From NCBI GenBank assembly GCA_001599295.1, contig BCGN01000012.1, positions 186,001 to 250,000 on the forward strand: 64,000 nt of DNA, written 5' to 3'. The translations under genes and the position numbers were made by a program. The notes under the pieces were generated by a model, which was not told where the DNA came from, searched no databases, and worked only from the letters and a program-made list of their open reading frames with translations. Each line of letters starts with the position of its first letter. Position 1 is the stretch's first letter. Positions 60,601 to 64,000 of the stretch are shown piece after piece. The stretch comes from Sporopachydermia quercuum. Lineage: Eukaryota.

Positions 60601-63600
60601 CCAAATTTGATACCCTAAGTCTAGCCTTACGTCAAGAATGCAGACAAATGAATGCTCGCATGCTTCAATCAATCCTTGATACATTTGATACCATAGAACA
60701 CTAGCCNCACCCGATTCAATTATGTTCTTCATCACAACTGAATCATACCTGTCGAAGGGACGTTTTTGATATATATTTGCCCATGGTTTTGTTAAGTGCT
60801 CTTGATTCTTAAATCATATTGACACATAAGAATACAGACTTGTACCAGCTCATAAAACTCACTGCATGTCAGGATTTCATGCACCGCGACATCTTATTGT
60901 AGATAGCAACTAACCTTGTTTAGAAACACTTGGTTTTGCGCGGAGGAGGGATTTTTTGAAGTTAATGAGTTTTCTCTCGCAACTTAAAACTTTGAGTTTC
61001 CGTTAATGATTTGTTGGTTGAGGAAAATTACGGTTTAAGTTGANAAGTAGGTTTAACGTTTAGCAGTAGAAGAATGTCTATTTGGTTTCAATAACTCAAA
61101 GCTTAAACTGAACAAAACTTAAAAATCTATGTGAGATTTCGTCGAAAGAGGGCTGCTCTCAATAAGTGAATAGGCCAGACTTACTTACTTACTCTGGGAG
61201 GGAGAATAAATAGCACCGTCATAAGTGAAGCAGTGTCCATTTTTGTGGTGAAACAAATTGCTCACTCAAAACAGCCAGTACTGAGTGTGCTTGGTATAAA
61301 ATGTGATCATGGGAAGTTCGAATCTGGAAGCCTGTTGATAGTTAGAAGGCGCAATTTCATAATTTGAATGATTTTCAGGAACTAGTCCCAGGCAATATTC
61401 TAGTGAAATCGTTAAGAGCCATAATAGTTCTTTGTATGGACGGTATTGTATTGGCCAAATGATGGTTAGTCTTAACACCAACACTATTTTACCATCCTCT
61501 TCGTTCTGTAGATACTACAGTTTTATGAACCAGGGAAACTATATCTTCCATGATTTTATTAGACCCACAGTCTCAAGATATTCATTACAAATATAAAAGC
61601 CCTTTCAAATGACATTTTTATGTTACACTTCCAAACTGGATCTTTACTGTCTCACTACTTCCAGATTACCATCATTCACTCCGCGAGATCTCTTCTATCC
61701 AGGTAAACATATCTTAGGATGCTTGAGAGCTTTTTTACTCCAACACCATTATGAATTGAGAGAAGAGTTCAATTCTTTTACTTTACTATATCGGCGTGTT
61801 TCAATCAAGCTTATACATATATGTACATACATCACACATTTTTGTGAAACATAATGCTTTGAGTTTGGATAGTTTGAGGTAGATGCAGGTAAAAATAAGG
61901 TTCCAGAAATGGCATTCTGCACTTGAAAGATTAATGTTAAGCTTCTTTTATCTCAAACATTAAAAACATTATGTTCTAGAAATTTGCAGATGGATAAATG
62001 TAGAAATAAATCCATTGGGCAAAAGGAAAGAGATGTAACGAGAGACGAGCATAAGACGATAAGGATTGAGAAGAAAACGAACAATCAATTCAATATGAGA
62101 TGAAATACTGTTGAAAACTTCAAGTTGAGTTAGGATTGTATGAGACTATTCTCCAACAAAATGATCAAATGAAATATCAACGTGATTTGTAGTGACACTT
62201 TGCAGAAAAAGCAAAGGCAAGTAATAAACTTCTTTGTTGATACTCTCAATTTCTCTAGTTACAGGATTCAACAGCCTAAGTTATACTTATTTCATTTCAT
62301 TTGGACATATTAGTATAGTATAGTTAGTGTGCTCAATGATGTTTTGCTGTCCTTCTTCGAACACTCCAAGAATTGATAAAAAGACGTTTACAATCGTTGT
62401 TGATTATTTCCAAGGAAGAAAATCTTCAAATAGAGAAAAAAGCCTTCACTTTATATGTTCCGCCATTTCAGACACTTGCAGTATACCCTTTCACTTATCC
62501 AATCAACTTTGAAACCAAATCATCAAATTTGATCCTCCGTGCATAAAAGTGATGAATCACTGTTTTATTTTTTTGAAACAGGAAGACCGTTTCACTAAAA
62601 TAAAGTTAAATTAATGGATTAAACTCTACTCACGTCCCCATACTCGTTGTCAACTCCAGCGTTATCTATGTATAAAGTTTTTTTTCTTTTTCTTTTTGAT
62701 ATTCAATCTCTTTCTATCTTTCAGTTTCTGGTTTTATGATTTTTGTTTCGAATATAGGAGAACCCAGAGAAGTTCTCTTTCCGTAAGNGCTGCGTTGTTC
62801 ATTGTTCAACAATAAACATAACGGGGATATGCTGGTTGGCCAAAGTAAGGTTTAATTTAAACTTTAAGTGGTAAAAATGAAACTAATATTTAATAACTGT
62901 CGAAACGGAGAAAGTTTGAACTAAACATTAATCTGTTCATTTTATTAGGAATGAGAGTTGATCATCGAACCTTAACTGTAAAACAGAGGGTACTTGTACG
63001 CCTTGCAATTTATATTACTTATTGTTTACATACCGTCTGCCGTTCAATGAGACCCAAAAAGCAAACTGAGGTTTATTTTTTGTTTCATGACTTATTCCTG
63101 GATGGCAGAAAAAAGTGAAGATGAAATGAGCTCTCTTGAGGAAATCCTAAAAAGCTTTAATGATCCCACTACCTAATAGTTGAGGATATTCAATAAATCT
63201 AACTGTTATGTGGATCGGTTATCTGAAATAAAAGCATAGAGCAAAATGTAATATCACGTTTCGCGCTTCGAATACTTTACCTAACATTTCTAACTTTCGA
63301 TGGCAGATCTTTCTGTGGATAGTCGGAAGAGAAATGATTCTTTTCAGCTTCGCATATTTAAAGTGCAAAGTTAAAATATACCATAAAACTTAGAGTTTAA
63401 ACTTGTTCCCTTTCTGCTTTTAATTATGTTTGATGATGCTTGATAATAACCTGGGTCCTCAGCTAATATCCAGTTTTGCCCAATATTAAATGCAATGGTG
63501 TTTGAATCTACCAATATTCTCGACAAAAATCTCTGGTCTTGTAAAGAACAGTAAGATGACAGGCGAATAAAGTGACTAATGATTGTTCTTTGGAGTTGAG

Positions 63601-64000
63601 CTACGCATTTCTGTGGAAGTTCCGTTTACTTGGTCCAGCTTTGCCAGACTTCACAAACCACCAACAGAAGTTTGTTTGCCGCAAAAGTTGTCACCGTCTT
63701 GAAACTATCGTCTGTCTTCCTCATTCCTTTTATTTTATTTTTTATTTTATTTATTAATTATTTTTCGATAGTCTAATAAAGTGCAAATATTTGCTAGAGA
63801 GGAGGGAGATGAGAATTTATACTTTTTTTTAAACTTCACAAGTGTTCTGTTTCTTTAACCTTATTTAGCTTCGGGTTGTAAATCACTTTAACTTAGAACT
63901 CTATTTTCATTGGGGGCTTTATTTTATATTACACAACAATGTAACTCTAACTTAAATGTTATTATCAAACAAAGCTTATTTTAAGTTTAAGTTATTTTTA

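Noticed and set aside
58707..63757. Short ORFs (61-109 aa) in the right-hand gene-free tract
   Set aside because: Mostly non-ATG starts, composition typical of random AT-rich DNA, and no transposon or host domain motifs.

Overview
AT-rich chromosomal DNA from an intron-containing budding yeast (Saccharomycotina) that uses the standard code: CTG sits at invariant Leu positions such as the kinase motif [11 protein letters not shown] call 21 housekeeping or meiotic genes in this order: TYR1, ARL1 (5 exons), CQD1/YPL109C-like, GDE1, a Vip1-like RRM gene, CAR1 (2 exons), NGG1, MAS1, SDH4, CSN7/CSN9, FES1, MMS4/EME1 (2 exons), SEC8 (2 exons), JID1, SMK1 (7 exons), VPS15, ARO7, YMC1/2, GID4/VID24, PEX3 and LRP1 (2 exons). 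The order resembles interleaved S. cerevisiae WGD sister regions, i.e. ancestral synteny. The main unexplained signals are: (1) a ~3.8 kb CCG/CGG-enriched domain inside VPS15, with weaker copies in SEC8 and its promoter; (2) a >6 kb gene-free right end with quasi-periodic TTAA/AACTT-rich clusters; (3) single-base Ns confined to the right 18 kb, possibly a heterozygosity boundary; (4) SMK1 with six introns carrying several non-consensus splice signals, an 11-nt microexon and a TAY activation loop. I found no tRNA, rRNA, transposon or CRISPR feature. Gene names come from recalled protein motifs, not database searches.
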